Below the pieces are notes generated by a model, which did not search any database, was not told the DNA's origin, and saw only the letters and a program-made list of their open reading frames with translations. A stretch of 64,000 nt of DNA from Podarcis gaigeae (lineage: Eukaryota): the NCBI GenBank assembly GCA_964106915.2, contig OZ066914.1, one strand, 5' to 3'. Shown here in pieces: positions 25,795 to 42,309 of the stretch. A program made the translations under genes and the position numbers. Every line of letters begins with the position of its first letter. Position 1 is the stretch's first letter.

Positions 25795-25796
<2 letters not shown>

Positions 25797-25866
<70 letters not shown>
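25797..25866. repeat. (GT)n(GA)n compound microsatellite
   Basis: Directly visible. Confidence 0.95.
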
Positions 25867-25869
<3 letters not shown>

Positions 25870-26150
25870 TAATTACATTTTGCTAGGTATATTTTGCCTA
25901 GCAGCTATTAAAGTCTGCTGCTTGTTATAAGACCTGATCTCAAACCTCCTGGTAACTATGGAAAGATAGCATCATGAATGACCCAACAAGACAGGATAGG
26001 AAAAGATTTAGTGTGAAATGCCTGTTAGGCAGTTGCTTGAATTATTCTCTGTCCACACATTTAGATTATTTCCAGCCCTTTGACTGGTGTTACCTAATTT
26101 TATCTGAGAACAGGTACCTTCGGGTTTTTTGAGCCTCAGAATGATCTCTA

Positions 26151-26396
<246 letters not shown>

Positions 26397-26687
26397 TTAC
26401 AGCTAGAATTTCCAGGTGCTCTACTAAAACACATTCAGCCTCTTCACATTTTTTACCAAGTCATTTTCAGTTTTTTTTATTTTTTAAATACATGAGCTGC
26501 TTTCCCTTTTTCTTAGTTGCCATGGCCCTTCTACTTCCCATCAGCAGAAACAATACTTTAATACAATACAAAATGTATGCAACTTTCCTCATACTTTAAT
26601 TTTTAAAAGGAACAGAGAAGCAGTCTTTATAAGCATGAACTCTGAAGTTAAAAAGCATTTTGTTGACTATCAGGCTATCAGCAATCA

Positions 26688-26813
<126 letters not shown>

Positions 26814-27520
26814 TTATTTGCTTTGTATTAACAAATTACTCTTCTGACATAAACCAACTGTATCGTATTGCAATTGTGATGGCAAAGTCTCAAACTTGAC
26901 TGGCTGAGCTGGTGTGACGGCATGAAATATTCCACTGTCAAGGAAACTAAACAGTTTATAGTTCAACTTCTGTGAGGGAGGGGAAGCTGTTATTTTGGCT
27001 GGGAATAAAACCTCTAAGGAACAGGGTTAGGAAGTGAGAAGAGACTGGTCCTATCTCTGCACATTTAAGGATATGGAGCCCAGAGGGGGAAGGCTGGAGG
27101 CAAGATGGAATAGAGAATGGACTTTGAAACAGGAATCTGGAAACTTTAGGAATATGGCAGGCAAGCCAGACAATTTATTCCAGAATGACCTAATCAGAGA
27201 GAGAACTCTGAAGAAATTTCACAGCAATTACGAAAGTCTCTATGAAAAACCACGGAGTAATGGAAGCTGGTCAAGGGTGACTAAAGAAAATGCCTGTAAG
27301 ATCAAGATCCTGAGGGGGTAACCCACCAGCGTGACCTGCTCTCACTGTGGCATGAACTGGGAGGCTTTAAGCTACACAATAAAGGGTATCCTCACACTCA
27401 CAATTCCTATCTCAGTGACTGAACTCTTATGCCAGAAAGACCATTTCTCAGTATCTGATAATTATGAATGAGAATAATGGATTAATGTTTTTACTAGAAA
27501 AACAATTCTCTTACCACTTA

Positions 27521-27715
<195 letters not shown>

Positions 27716-29989
27716 TTAACATCCTCGAAGGACACCACCGTTGGCTAGGCTTGTACCTTAGCACAACCTCCCCCACCCTTAGCGCTAGCAAACATCCCTC
27801 AAGCTATTTCCATATGCAGGGTCAAAAAGATAATAAAATGCATTAGCAAATGGTCATTTGCTTACAAATCTGTACTTTACGGAACCCTCTGCCCTCCGCC
27901 CCAGTACTAAGCACTAGCTTTATAGAACATGCAATTATTTCCTATTTCAAATGAATACAATGCTAAATTCAATGTATGATGAGTTGTAACTATAAATATA
28001 TACACTGGCAACTCTGCCAACTTCAGCTTAATTTAGCAACAGCATGATCAATAAGGTGGCAATTAACTTCCATTTTCTTTTAATAAGAATTCCCTCTTAA
28101 ATGAAGAGGAATTCGGAATTTTTAATTCTAAAGAACTAAATTCTTCAACTGCCAATTCCTTGCTAGAAAAATAATCCACAACCCAACAAAGATATGAACA
28201 GCAGGCAGGGCACATATGCTAACTGAACATTTTGGGTAATCAAAATCTGTTGCCATAGCTTGTTATAAGGTGTTCGACAGTTTCTATATTTCATTATCAA
28301 TTCATTTTCTTCCTTTTTTAAACTACCAAAAGCACAGCACAAACAAAGCAATCCTAAGGGCAAAGGGAGAGAGAGAGACTGTGGTGGAGGAAGCCCCTTT
28401 GTCCTACAGGCAGGACAGAAAGGGGCAAGTGATTTCCCCCCCCCCCCCATTTTGCCTTTAATGGCTGCTTGTCCTTTTAAAACCCTTTCCTTCCCACTGC
28501 TTCCAGTGAGAGGGTGTGATGGGGGATTGGGAGGATCCTAAAGATCCACAGTAGCCACCCCCAACCCAGAATGCCTCCTTTTCGTCCTCTCTGCTGTCCT
28601 ACTTCCTTGACAGCTCCATTTGCCAAAGAGCAGCTGAGAACCAACAAGAAGTTCCAAGCATCTCCAAGGATCCCAGAATTGCTGTGCAGGTTTGGAAATG
28701 AATGAGAACTGAATGAGCCAGGAGGATTGATCATGGAGATTGCACGGCAGGTACAGTGCTTCCTGCAGCAGTGAACATGGTCTTGTGATCCCTGCCTGCT
28801 ATTGTGAGTCTTTGAAATAACACGGTCTGTCCAAACAAGTACATATTTGTGCCTGCTCTTGAATGCTGGGCAGATCATCTGTATCTCGAAACTAATTTGT
28901 GATGTGGCTGCTGTAGACACCCACTTCTTCAGGGGAAGCATCAGAATCTGGCAAAAAGCCTTCACATCTTGTCAATGTGTGCATCAGGCTTTCGGTCCTG
29001 ATGTCTGCTGACATGAGCGAAGGCTTGCAAAGGTATCTGGGGAGAAGGAAAGCCTGCTAGTTAAAGCTGCCCAGCAACGCCTCTGTCCCTTCTGCTATTG
29101 CAGCTATCAAAGACCAGACAAGGGCGCTAGATAAGCACTGCAAACTTTTCAAATGGTGCAGCGGGTGGTAGATCCTATTCCACCTTTTGAACCCTTCCCT
29201 CAGAAGGTGGCATGGCAGCTCCTGTACTATGCACTAGCTAACCCACTTCTGTAGCCCCAGGTGGACAGATCCACTATCCAGAATCAGAGGGTGGGGTAGC
29301 CTAAAGATCCGCTGGCTTACACCCATTTTGATCTGCCCTTCCTGCCTATGAGGGTTAGCACCAACCTAGCAGAGCCACCCTGACAGGTTTGTCGGGCCAT
29401 CTGGGTGCTCCCCTCCATCACTACCAATAGCAATTGCTCTCCTAGAGGAGCAACCTCTTCCTCTCCTAGGGCTCTCAGAAACTGTGCACGGAATGGATAT
29501 GGTGTTGAATGCCTCCTCCTTTAAACTTAAAACACATATTCAGCCAAAAGCCCACCTCATGACCCACCCTGGCTAGGTAGAGGGGTGGGTGGTGGGGAAT
29601 GCAATGAAAAGACCCAGGCACCAAGATGGGAAGGACCAGAAACTACATAGGAACTCTCTCCACTCAGAGGATATAGGACGCTAATTACAATAACCTTGCA
29701 AGTGGGAGGGCAGATCTATGCAAGAATTACTGCCTCCACTGAAGAAGAAATTGGCTAGTTTAAACTCCCTGTAAGAAAGAATAGTGAATAGCTCTACCCC
29801 TAACACTATCCAAAAATAATATTTGCATGTAAGAAATGAACAAGCCATATGCTAATTTGTCAAATGTCTGCTGCAAAGGGGGAAATTCATGAATTGATCC
29901 CATTATTTTAGTTTCTACATAAGCTAACAAGGAGAGGTATCAAGAATAGCTCACCCTTGAAAATTCTTCCTAGTGAAACACCAAACTAA

Positions 29990-30231
29990 GGCCCGGGGGC
30001 CAGATACAGCCCAATCGCCTTCTCAATCCGGCCCACGGACGGTCCATGAATCAGCCTGTTTTTACATGAGTAGAATGTGTGCTTTTATTTAAAATGCATC
30101 TCTGGGTTATTTGTGGGGCATAGGAATTTGTTCATTTCACACCCCCCCCCAAAAGAAAATATAGTCCAGCCCACCACATGGTCTGAAGGTCGGTGGACTG
30201 GCCCACAGCTGAAAAAGGTTGCTGATCCCTG
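29990..30231. mobile_element. hAT-type MITE fragment
   Basis: Ends GTTGCTGATCCCTG. Reverse complement of 42310-42560. Confidence 0.65.
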
Positions 30232-33200
30232 ACCTATACAGTTCTTTCGTTCTTTGTGAATGCCACCACTAGCTCTAAATATAATTTTCAAGTAGTAGTT
30301 CAATGAAGGATTTTCAGGAATTCCATCCTCCTGAATAGTGTCAAAATCTCAAGAATTCCTATATAACTTTTTTTTTTTTTACACTTCTGGCATTCAAATG
30401 TGATCAATGCTCTAGAAAGGTGGATCTGAGTTTATGAATAGAGATGGTATGTCTGGTTAAAGTATAAGGATTTAAGTAACATGACAGACAACTAGAAGGA
30501 GCCATGGGAGAAAGAAGCAAAGGTAACCAGCAGCAAGTAAGATTGCAATGCACAGTAAAGAAGACGATGAAATGAGATTGGATATAATGCTGGTCTGCAT
30601 GCATGTCAGTGCTTCTGAACTTTCACCATAAATCTTATTTGCTCATGTCCCCAATTATGTGCTTAGGATGAATCATTGCTGTTAACTGGGAAAATCATTT
30701 TACATTCTGATTTTTTTAAAAAAAGAAATATATATATATAAAGTGTTTTCAAGTATCCTGAACTATTGGACTTGGATGAGTTGAATACTCTCTGGTAAAG
30801 GAACCCTCAATAATCCTCAATGGATCTGAGGGTGGATGATTATACCTTCAAAGAATGGAGATTAAAGAGCTGCTGTTGCTTTGTTCTTAGGTTTCACAGT
30901 GTATGGTTCTAGGACCCTAACTTGACAGATCATCTAACCTAGCAGAAGCAAGCTGTGTGCACAGTTTGAGCAATAATATGTGTATATTATCATGCAGAAC
31001 AGATTACTGACACTAACATGGGGAATGCAAGAATTTACGAAGAACACTATTGGATCAGACCAAACACCCATCCAGTCCAGCATTCTGTTCACATAGTGAC
31101 CACTTCCCAATTTGGGAAACCAAATGAATTATAGCCTCTGTTCTGGTGAACATCTGGCTCATTTATCTTCTGTACATAACAACACCCCAAACTGGCTTGA
31201 GCAACCCAAAGATAACAGAGCAGAAAAAATCCAATAGAACTGATGGATGCAGTCAAGTTTCAGAAGCATAGTCAAGGGCATCAGTGGAAGATTTGCGGCT
31301 TAAACGTAACATGATAGGATGCCAGTGGCCACAGGTGTTGTGGCTAAAGACATTGTATTATGCAGATACATGCTGAATATCTAATAACTAGGATCTAAAC
31401 TTACATTTCTACTTCTGGGCATTATGACCTAGATCTTACTGCAGTGAATTCTTATTAATGAGATACGCCTGTATCGCTTCAGTTTGCTGAAAACTATACA
31501 ATGGGGTGGGAGAGAGAAACTAGGCTAAAATGCTTCTCAATGATATCTAGATTTATATGTGGAAGTAATGCCTAGTTCAGAAGAGCATTGAAAGTGGCAT
31601 AGATGTACTACGCTTGTGAAAAAGGAATGGCACATAGGACTGGGGGAACCTGTGGTCCCCGTAAGTTGTTGGACTCTAGCTCCCATCAGTCCCGAGAATA
31701 TGGTCAATAGTCAGGGATGATGGGAGATGGAGTCCAACAGAGTATACGGGGCCACAACCTACCCACCCCTAGTTTAGAAGATGCTATCTGACAAGGGTCA
31801 CTGCAATAGCCATGCAATAGTTTCCCGCTTACTAACTGAGAGGGATTTCTTAATGGTTTGAGAAATAGCATTGTGCTATAATGGGACCCTGGAATGTAAC
31901 TAATTACCCAGAAGGACAACAGAAGGACTTCCCTTAATTTGAAAGCTGCAAGTTATTAAACTGCTTAAGAAGCAACTCTACTCAACCCGAAACTTCAAAA
32001 TTAAAAGTCACTTGAGAGCAAGTACATGGTACTGTATTTGGTGTATTAACACAATTTTTTTAGTAATTCAGGATATTATGCTAGAAACTCTAAGGCTTTC
32101 CACGTGCATGAAAAGGGGGGAAGAGAATGCCTAAGAACTGTTTTTGACCTCCACTGTCACAAGTTCAGATAAATGCAATTATGGAGCAAGTTCAACTGGT
32201 TACCAAAACTTGGTTTCCATATCATAAAAGACAGGATATGTAAAAAGATGCATTCAAGATTTCAGAAGACGGTACCTGAGAAGTTTATGAAGTTTAACCA
32301 GTTCAACTATTTGAGCATCTAAAAGGGAGTGCCATTTAATGTATAGTACTGTAACTGAACACATCCTCCTCAAATCCTACCCTATTCAATAACATTCAAA
32401 TTCAGAACTGGTAGAAGTGTTAAACTTTCCTACAAGAATTATTTCTGCAGGAGGGCATTAAATTTCCCTTAAACAAGGCTAAAGGAATATTCTGGGTAGC
32501 CAGCCCCAAAACTGAGGGATGCATAGCACTCCTGTTCAGAACTTGGGAGAATCCAAAAGAGGATAATAGCACAAAGACGATATAATACTAGGTAAAGAGG
32601 TGGCTGAAAAATTCTTCTAACTTTGTACAAACTGTTAAAAGTTTGATCTGAGCCTTTTTGTGTTTAATCATCATACTATATTATTTCAGATATATCCCAC
32701 TGTTAAGAGTGTATGGCATATATGGAGAATTCAATTATGCTACTTCTGTTAAGCACACCTTGAACTAGTGGTCTGTAAAGTGCCTAAAAGGAGCAAGCAC
32801 AATATTGTGATCAAACAGGGCAGGTACTCAATTAAATTATATAAGCAGGCTGATGGACTTCAAGAGCTATCAAGGCTTCAGAGCACCACAGAAAATAATG
32901 GGTGTATATACATATTACATTTCAGCAGAAAAGGCTATTGCATTATTTATACAAGGTCAAAACAAGCCTGGATTAATGCACTGATTTTGATTCAGAAACA
33001 GAGAGAAATGAGCCCATAACTAACAGAGTTCATTTAGGCCATCAACATCAGTTGCTTCAGACACCTTACTAGATGCCTGAAAATCCACAGCTCAATGCAG
33101 CTAATTGATCTTTGACTTTCGGCACCTCTGGCAATAGCTTCTGCATCATGTAATATTTGATAAAGCTGCTTAACATAAGCACAAAGCATATAGGACTACA

Positions 33201-35389
33201 ATCTGCACTAGAAAGTAAGCCCCATTTATATCAGTAGTACTTGCTTCTAAGAAAGCATGGATATGTCACTGCAGAAATTATCCATTTAACATATCAGATT
33301 CCGTAAACCACTTATGAAACTCAATTACTTGAAAAATTATCAGCATGGTCAATAAAGTGATATTGCTATGAAAATATCATTTTAGATTGTCACAGAATGC
33401 CACTGGCTCAGTTTCTCTGAAGTACCAGAGGACAAGATAACCAATAGTGAAAGGGACTGGAAATTTTAAAAACACTGAATAAAATCTGTTCTGGGAAAGT
33501 TTTTAGACAGCACACAGGATTGAGCTATGATGTTCCACATAATCTAATGTGAGTTGCTTCCTAAGAATTGCAAGCCTTAGTTCTAAATTAAGTGATTGTG
33601 TTTAGTAGTTCAAAGTCTGTTTTGGGAGCCTAATCCGGCCCCTGTGGCAGTTTTTTTCCTGGGATAAAATCCTTAAAAACCCTCAACAACTTCAATCCTA
33701 AGAAAACTCAACAAACATAGCCCTTCATAAAATCTGGCCCTCTTTGAAAGAAGTTTTGACACCACTGATTTACAGAGAGCACACCAAACACATCTGTCAC
33801 TGGTCTCTAAGCAATGTAATGATATATTTACTCAATGAAAAAATATCATGTACAAAATTAGTACAGCACAAATGTTATGTAAACTGTATAGTCATAGATT
33901 CTGGATTGTGCTCCTGGCTGGCAGTGTTTATTTTATTAATGATTAAAACAATTACTCTGTCCTGGGGATTATGTTGTCCTGCTATTATTAATAATATACA
34001 AAGTTGCCCTTTTAACACCAGGACTTTCTAAAACTATGTATTATCAATGCAGCAATAAGGTAGAAACTCAAGCTAATTCAGCAAATATTTATGTTTCTTT
34101 CACTTAACACACTGAAATGTGCATGAACTGTGTTCTAATCAGCCAAGCAGGCATATATTGTGAAACACTAGGAGCCAAATTCATACCCATTTTTATGTTT
34201 CTATGCTATACTTCAAGGGATTACTTGCGTATAACCTGGCATAGCTCACTCATTAGAGCATGAGACTCTTGTGTGAAACATTCCTGCAATGCAGGAGGTT
34301 GGTCTAGATGACCCTCACAGTCCCTTCCAACTCTGCAATTCTATGGATTAGGACACTTAAAAATAAAGGATTAATGGTAGTAGGTTCTCCATTCATTAAC
34401 ACTATTTAACTTGAAAAAAGCATTTGAGAACTCTAAAACCCTGAAGTTTCCTCCAGCTGCTACCCTTTACTATTAACCCATATATACAGGCAGGAACCGC
34501 AAGCACTGCTTACTGCGGAGCTTAATTCCCTTAAAACAACATATCCTGGATCTGGAGGCAGGCAGTTTCAATTTCACACACCTGCTGTGTAATGAGAAGA
34601 GGTGGCATCACCTCTTAAGTCAAAAGTCACTCTCTCTGCTGGTCTTCTGCCAGAGATCCAGCTTCCAGGGTCAGAGAGGATCCACCTCCTTCCTTCAGAG
34701 CAGATGTCAGTGATCCAGGCGCCTAATTTTAGGCCTCCCTCAGACCCCTCAAGTTATTAAAAACCCCGCTAGATGTCAGCTAAAGAGACTTTTAAGCACC
34801 GTGAAAACAGGCTCAGTTTGGGAAACGTGTTTCGTGTAAAAGTGGCTCGGTTCTGGTGTTGGAAGGAGGCGGCAACTAGGGCGCTTCCCCGACTTACTGG
34901 CAGTAAAACTGCAAGCCGCGCTTCCTGAACAGACCTCTTGTCGGAATTTATTCGGGAGTTTTTATGGGGAGGAGAGGGGGACTTAGCCAAAATCCCGGGA
35001 GGAAGGAGATAAATGAGGAGGAACCAGTCAGACAAGCGCTACGAAGTCGAGGCGGCTGGTTGGGGAAAGGAAACGGACATGAGGCGGGGCGCGAGAAGGG
35101 AAGGAAACGGCTTATCCGTTTTCTTGTGGGGGAAGGAAAGAAGGTGGAAAAGCCCAGCGAGGAGGCTGAGGGGGAAAGGGAACGTTTAAAGGTCGCCCCG
35201 AGTCTGTCACGGGGTAGAGAATGAAAGGAAGGAGGCTACACGGGGGGGGGGGGGACGGAAACGAGGCAGCTCGAGGAGAGGGAGGCAGGCTGGAAGAGGG
35301 GAGGGAAGGGGCCGGCGAGCTCGGCCCGCGCCGCCGCGTGCCTGCACCGCCTCCCTCCTCCTCCCTCCCTCCCCCTACTGCAGAAACTA

Positions 35390-36548
<1,159 letters not shown>

Positions 36549-38261
36549 GGCGGCGGGCGCAGCGGCGGCGGCCCCGAGCCTAGCGACGGGCCTCGGCTCC
36601 GCTCGTCCGCCCGACGCCGGCGGGGCTCAGGCTCCTCTCGCTCGCCTTCCTTCTCCCTCTCCTCCTCCTCCGCGGCCGCCTCCTCCCCCTTCCACACAAA
36701 CACCAGCTCCTCGCTGGGAGGGAGGGAGGAGGGTGGGAAGCAAGCAGGCAGCAGCCTCCGCCGCCGCCGCCAAATCCCGCCCGCGCCGCCTCGCGAGACT
36801 TCCGCCGCTGCGAGAGACAGGCGCCCCGAGCCTCCCTCGCCCGCCATCCAGGCCCGGGGGAGGCCGCGGCTGCCGACGGGACACGCCCCCCGTTCGCGGC
36901 CGGGGGGCCAATCGCCGGGCGAAGCTCGACCTCAGGGCTCCGCCCACCACCCAAACCACGCCTCACTCACCAACGGCCAAACAGGCCGGTTGGTCTTCCG
37001 CCGCCCCTCGCTTCCCCCCTTCTCGGCGCACAGCCTATCGCGAAGGAGCTCGGCCGCGGGGCCACGCCCACCCACCCGCTCCTCCTCCTCCATCATCTCC
37101 CTCTTGGGTTCCAGTCAGCTTGCCGTTGGCTTCTGACGAAGCTTCTCTCGGGTGGGTCGGCCGTTGCTTTCTGCGGCCCCTCCCACTTCTCTGGAGAGAG
37201 CTGCTCGAGACTGTCATTGGCTGGTTCCGGTTTGCTGGGCCGGTTGGCGCGGCGGCGGCAACTTCGGCGCCTCTGGCTTTTCTGAGGGGTCGGGGTCGGT
37301 TCCCTCAGAGCGTCCGTGGCGGGTGGGAACGTGTCGCCATCCCGGGGGCAGTTTTGAAAAGAGGAACGGGAGGGTGGGGAGACTGCCTCCTGCCCTCTCC
37401 ATCTGGCGGAAGATTTCCCCCACCTTGGAGGCAAGGGGAGCAAAATGCCGCCTCGCCGTGGCTTCCCTCTCGCCGCTTCGCTTTGCTAATCCGAATCGCG
37501 TTTTCACCGAATCCTGCCGCCGCCTCCCTTAAGGGCCCTCCGAAAAGGACCAGAAGATGCGGAGCTCTTCCTCACCCGGAGACGCGGAGGCTTCGTCGCC
37601 TCTCCAAACCGCCAGCAGCTGAAACGACACCGCTCCTCTCTCCGGGAGACTCCAGATTTGGCTGGCCGCGATCGCTCCGTTTTGGGAAGCGAACTGGTTG
37701 CCGTGCTTGCAATTGGATGCTCGACGCATCGTCTGAAGAGACGTCGCTGCCTTTATTTTCCCTTTGGAAACTGAGCTGCCGCTGCCCCGCCGGCATTTCT
37801 GGAGAGGTGCCTCTTGTCTAACATGATTTTACAGCTCAGGGCAACGTGCCTCGCGATCCTATGCAAACGGCGGACGCCTGGGACAAGGTGAAGGACGAAT
37901 GCATATAATATTCGGAGGCTGGTTTCGGTGGTGCTTGTAAAAGTGCTCCAGTAAATTGTGCTTAAAGAGTGTAACCTCTTCTTCCCATTGCTTTTCTTTT
38001 CTGCGTCTTGGCTTTTTGGGATTCAGCAACTGAGGAAATGGACTGCGTAGTTTTCATTGATTTGTAAACTGCTCTAGGAAGCTTTTCTGGTTGAAGGGTA
38101 AGTTGTAAATGCTTTGAATAAATAAACTTTGCACTCAATACTGGGTGCAGAAATGGTTGCTTTCCCTCCTCCACTTGTGTTTATTTGGATTACAATATTA
38201 ATGGTTATGTTAGCATGAATTCAATTAATGTGTGCTGTTGTGTAAAATGTAATAAGGGGGC

Positions 38262-38827
38262 TTGTGAAGAAGGCACAGCAGAGACTGTACTTTTTGAGAA
38301 TTCTAAGGAAAAACCATCTTCCGCAGAAACTGTTGCTTGCCTTCTATCACTGTGCCATTGAGAGCGTGCTCACTTATGGCTTATGTGTGTGGTACGGAAG
38401 CTGTACTACCCAGGACAGGATGGGGTTGTGCAGAGTTGTTAAGGCAGCAGAGAGCATTGTTGGCTGCCCACTCTCCACCTTAGAGCAGATTTATGCCACA
38501 AGGTGCCATAGGAAGGCACTGGACATAGTAAAAGATCCATCGCATCCTGGTCACTGTCTCTTCGAGCTCCTGCCGTCGGGACGGAGATTCAGGACGATAA
38601 AAACAAGAACGAGCCGTCCTAAGAACAGCTTCTTCTCCAGAGCGATCTCGGCCCTGAATGGGAAGCCTGGACTTTGAAAGTCATCTAATCTTCCTTGCTG
38701 TATTATACTGTATTGTTTTAACTAGTGTTTCTATTGTTGTTTTGATTTTGTGTGGAGTGCCCTACCTGGGTGGATGGAGCAGCCAAGTAATTTCGTGGTC
38801 CCCGAGAGGGGGCAATGACAATAAAGA

Positions 38828-38875
<48 letters not shown>
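38262..38875 (+). mobile_element. Rex1/Babar-type LINE 3' fragment with (TAT)n tail
   Basis: ORF KKAQQRLYFLR..IESVLTY..LLPSGRR..TSR.KNSFF..AI..LN is typical of the Rex1 C-terminus. Ends ATGACAATAAAG-(ATT)n. Confidence 0.85.
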
Positions 38876-38880
<5 letters not shown>

Positions 38881-41833
38881 ATAATGTAATACCCTTCAGC
38901 TGCTGCTGGACTCGAGTCCCATCATCCCTGATCTTGCTGGCTGGCTCTGATGGGAGTTGGAAGTCCTGTATTTTGAGGTTATATATTCATACTTTAGAAT
39001 ATTTAACTATTTTTCCCCATGAGATTCAGAGTAATGTTTCCTAACATTTAAAACATTTCAGGGGTACTACTTAGTGTACCTTGTAGAAAATCTCAGTGAA
39101 CATGGGGGACTTTCTTTTAAAATACTTTATTTTCCTGTTTAAAAATTGCACACACAACTCATGGAAACAAGCATACTTTTCAAATGTGTCTTTCAATCTT
39201 CCTTCCAAATTATAAATGAAATGTGTCAGGGTGAGGATGATTTAAATTAGGAAAATATTTTTGTGGCAGAAGGTGTGCTGTGAAGACTGAGTGTTGTGGA
39301 CTGCTGTGCATTAACATCAGTTAACTTAGATATGGAGAAGTGAGATTTGTCCTGCCATCACAGCTTACTTTTAGCTTGTGCTAGCTAGAGAAATGAAGGT
39401 GAGCTTATAAATGCAGGAGCGTGCCAAGGTCAGACAACAAACTAAATGTATAGTTAATGATGGCTAATGGATTTCAATAAACAGCCTCTGGTCTGTTTGC
39501 AAAGGAAGTCCCACTGATACTAGGATAGTTCAGGGCAGGCTTAGCACTGAATGCTGAGTGACCAAATTGACTAAATGTCATTGGATTATTAGGGGAAATG
39601 TGCTATGCTTTAGTGATAGACAACATAAGTTGGACTATCCTTGTCCAAATGGGGGGGCACAGCTGGGCCACCATCTGAAACTGATGGAAGGCACTCTGCT
39701 GCACTGAGGCCATCTGAGCCTCAAGCAACAGCAAGGATCCAGAAGTACCCTGAAGTTGTGTACCCGCTCCTTGAGAGGGAGAATAACCCTCTCAAGAGCA
39801 GGCAGCCTGCCATCCATCTGGACTAGAGAACTACCCCCTAAAAGAGATGCAAAACATGAAGGCTGTAAAACATCACAATAGGCAGAAGAAAAAGAACTGA
39901 TGCTGAGACAATATAGTTCTGCTGCTGTGTATAAAGTACGAGGAAAGGTGATGTCATGAAAGAGAATAGACATCGTTAATAAGGCGCGACTTCCACGCTC
40001 AACTTCCTTTGCCATTCTTTGTATTCTCCTGTAGCAATCCTTTGACTTTGTTGGGGGGTTAAAGAAACAACCATTTGAAAATCGCAGCAGATTTTGATCT
40101 CTCCAAAGCATTCATTGAAGCAAATGTCAGTTCAAAGTGAAGGGCAATATCAATCTTTGGGGTGTCTCAGGGCAGAGTCAGGATTCAGGGAGTTCCTTGG
40201 GAGTCTGCCAGGTGGTTTGTAAGAGCCCTCCTGGATCAGACCAAAGGCCCATTTCATTCAGCATCTTATGCAAACCAATCGATCAACTGCCTTCAGCAGG
40301 ATATGAAGGTGGTGGACTGCTTCATTGGAGGTGTCTAAACATGTTGGATGGCCATCAGTCAGAGATTCTCTGGCTGTGATTCCTGCTTGCAGGGGGTTGG
40401 ACTTGATGACCCTTGGGGTCCTTTCCAGCTGTACATTTCAATGACTATATGAATGCAACAGCATTCTCCCCATTTGTGATTCCCAGCAACTGGAGAGTGA
40501 CCATTATGGCCAATAGCCACTGATAGCCTTATCCCACAAAATATTAACCAGTATACTATGATAAACCTTCTGATCATTCCTGTACTAAGATACATAGGTC
40601 CCAGTGCATTTAATGCTAACAACTTCTAATTCTCCCTGGAATTTGACAGCCACGTTGCCAGCGCACAGATGGAGTAAGTGACCGGACCAGGCTTCCGTGC
40701 CTAGAGAAGGAGGTTAGGAACTTATCCACATGCAATCCTGAAACTGTGTTTGGGACAACAAGAACATTCCAAACTAGGCTGCAAACTAAAAACACTGTTG
40801 GTAGAGCCCCTTGAATAGATGGGGAATATTCTCCAGATATGCTGATAATTGCTATGTTTTTCAGTGTGTATTTTATTCTGCTTGTAAGTTGCCTAGATAC
40901 TATTTTTGTATTAAGTGACAAATAATAGCCACAGTATGGGGGTGTACTGGGCAGCAGAACTGAGTTGGAAAGGGGAAAAGGCATTTCCCAGTTTCATCTC
41001 ATTATCAGTGCACAGCATCCAGAATAACATTTCCTTACTGCACAGAATCTGTGGAATTGTTTCGAAGGCAGGTGGGCAACTGCCTCTCTAGCTAGCTGTG
41101 AAGCATAACTCCTTTTATTTCTAATAGCCACTACAAACTAAAGAACTACTGGCTTGCATGAATGTTGCATCTCCCCCTCAGCAATCTAGTCACTACATAG
41201 ATAAGACTGTCTCCACACACAGAGTCAGGCAGGCAGGAGAGGAAGAGTAGAAGAGCAGTTTCTGCCCCCTCTTTTCTCAAAACATCAGATCGGGAGATTC
41301 TTGCAATGGGAGGGGTGAAAATATCAACACTTTTTCCAATCTGGAGGGTTCCATCGCAAAACCATTTCTTTTGTCTAGTTTAAATGCCTCGTGAAGTTGG
41401 TGATATTGTAACCAACCTGTTCCCTAATTTCTTCGAAGTTTTTTAGTTTCAGTTTATTTCCTTCCTCTGTTAATAATACTTCGTATATTGGCCAATTCCC
41501 TTTCATATATTTCTTTCTTCACTGCTAGTGCTGTTCTTAGATTTCAGGGAATGATAGATCCAAAAAGACTAAAGCCTTCCTTGGAATTGTATCCTGTACT
41601 TCTGTGTGTATGCAAAAGCATAGGAAATGTCTGCGCTGGATAGCCTCCTGTTGTAATCCATGGCTGCTGTAGTGGGCGCTCTTACCCATGTAATCCTGAA
41701 ATCATACATTTTCTTTGGGAATGTTGTTAATTCATAATCAGAGGTCAGAGCCAAGCGGTTCAGCAAATTGAAAATGAAATGGAATTACGTTTCCTCCTAC
41801 AGATTCTGCTGAATTGCATTTATTTCAACAAGG

Positions 41834-41972
41834 TAGGGTTGCCGTATTTCAAAAAGTGAAAATCCCAACAAAAAAGTTGTTGAGCTTTTCCCAGACATTT
41901 CTGCGAATTCCACTTTTTGCGATGGCCGAATCCCAGCTATGTCCGGGAAATTCCAAACGTATGGCAACCCTA
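41834..41972. mobile_element. hAT-like MITE (TAGGGTTGCC TIR)
   Basis: TAGGGTTGCC...GGCAACCCTA termini. Confidence 0.7.
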
Positions 41973-42309
41973 CAATATACCCAACCGTGGTTATATTTTC
42001 AGAGCAGGGGCAGCCGACGGGAGGCCCTTCAGATACTGCTGGACACCACCCCCATCCTGTGCCACTGAGGCTTATGGGAGTTGGAGTCCAACAACTTGAG
42101 GTCTGCAGGATCCCCACCCCCCAGTGGTGTAGCGTGGGTTGTCAGCACCCGGGGCAAGGCAAGTAATTTGCGCCCCCTAACCCCCAGATTTTGCGCCTGG
42201 TGCGGCCAGCCCCCCTGCACCCCCACGCTACGCCACTGCCACCCCACCCCACCCCCTTCTTTCTCTCAAGAGTTATGACAGAGTAGCACCCACCTGGGCA
42301 TCCTCTGGT

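Noticed and set aside
26971-27396. Possible solo LTR in YY1 intron 2 (TGTGAGG...CCTCACA, AATAAA near the end)
   Set aside because: No TSD and no second copy in the window, so it cannot be supported without a library search.
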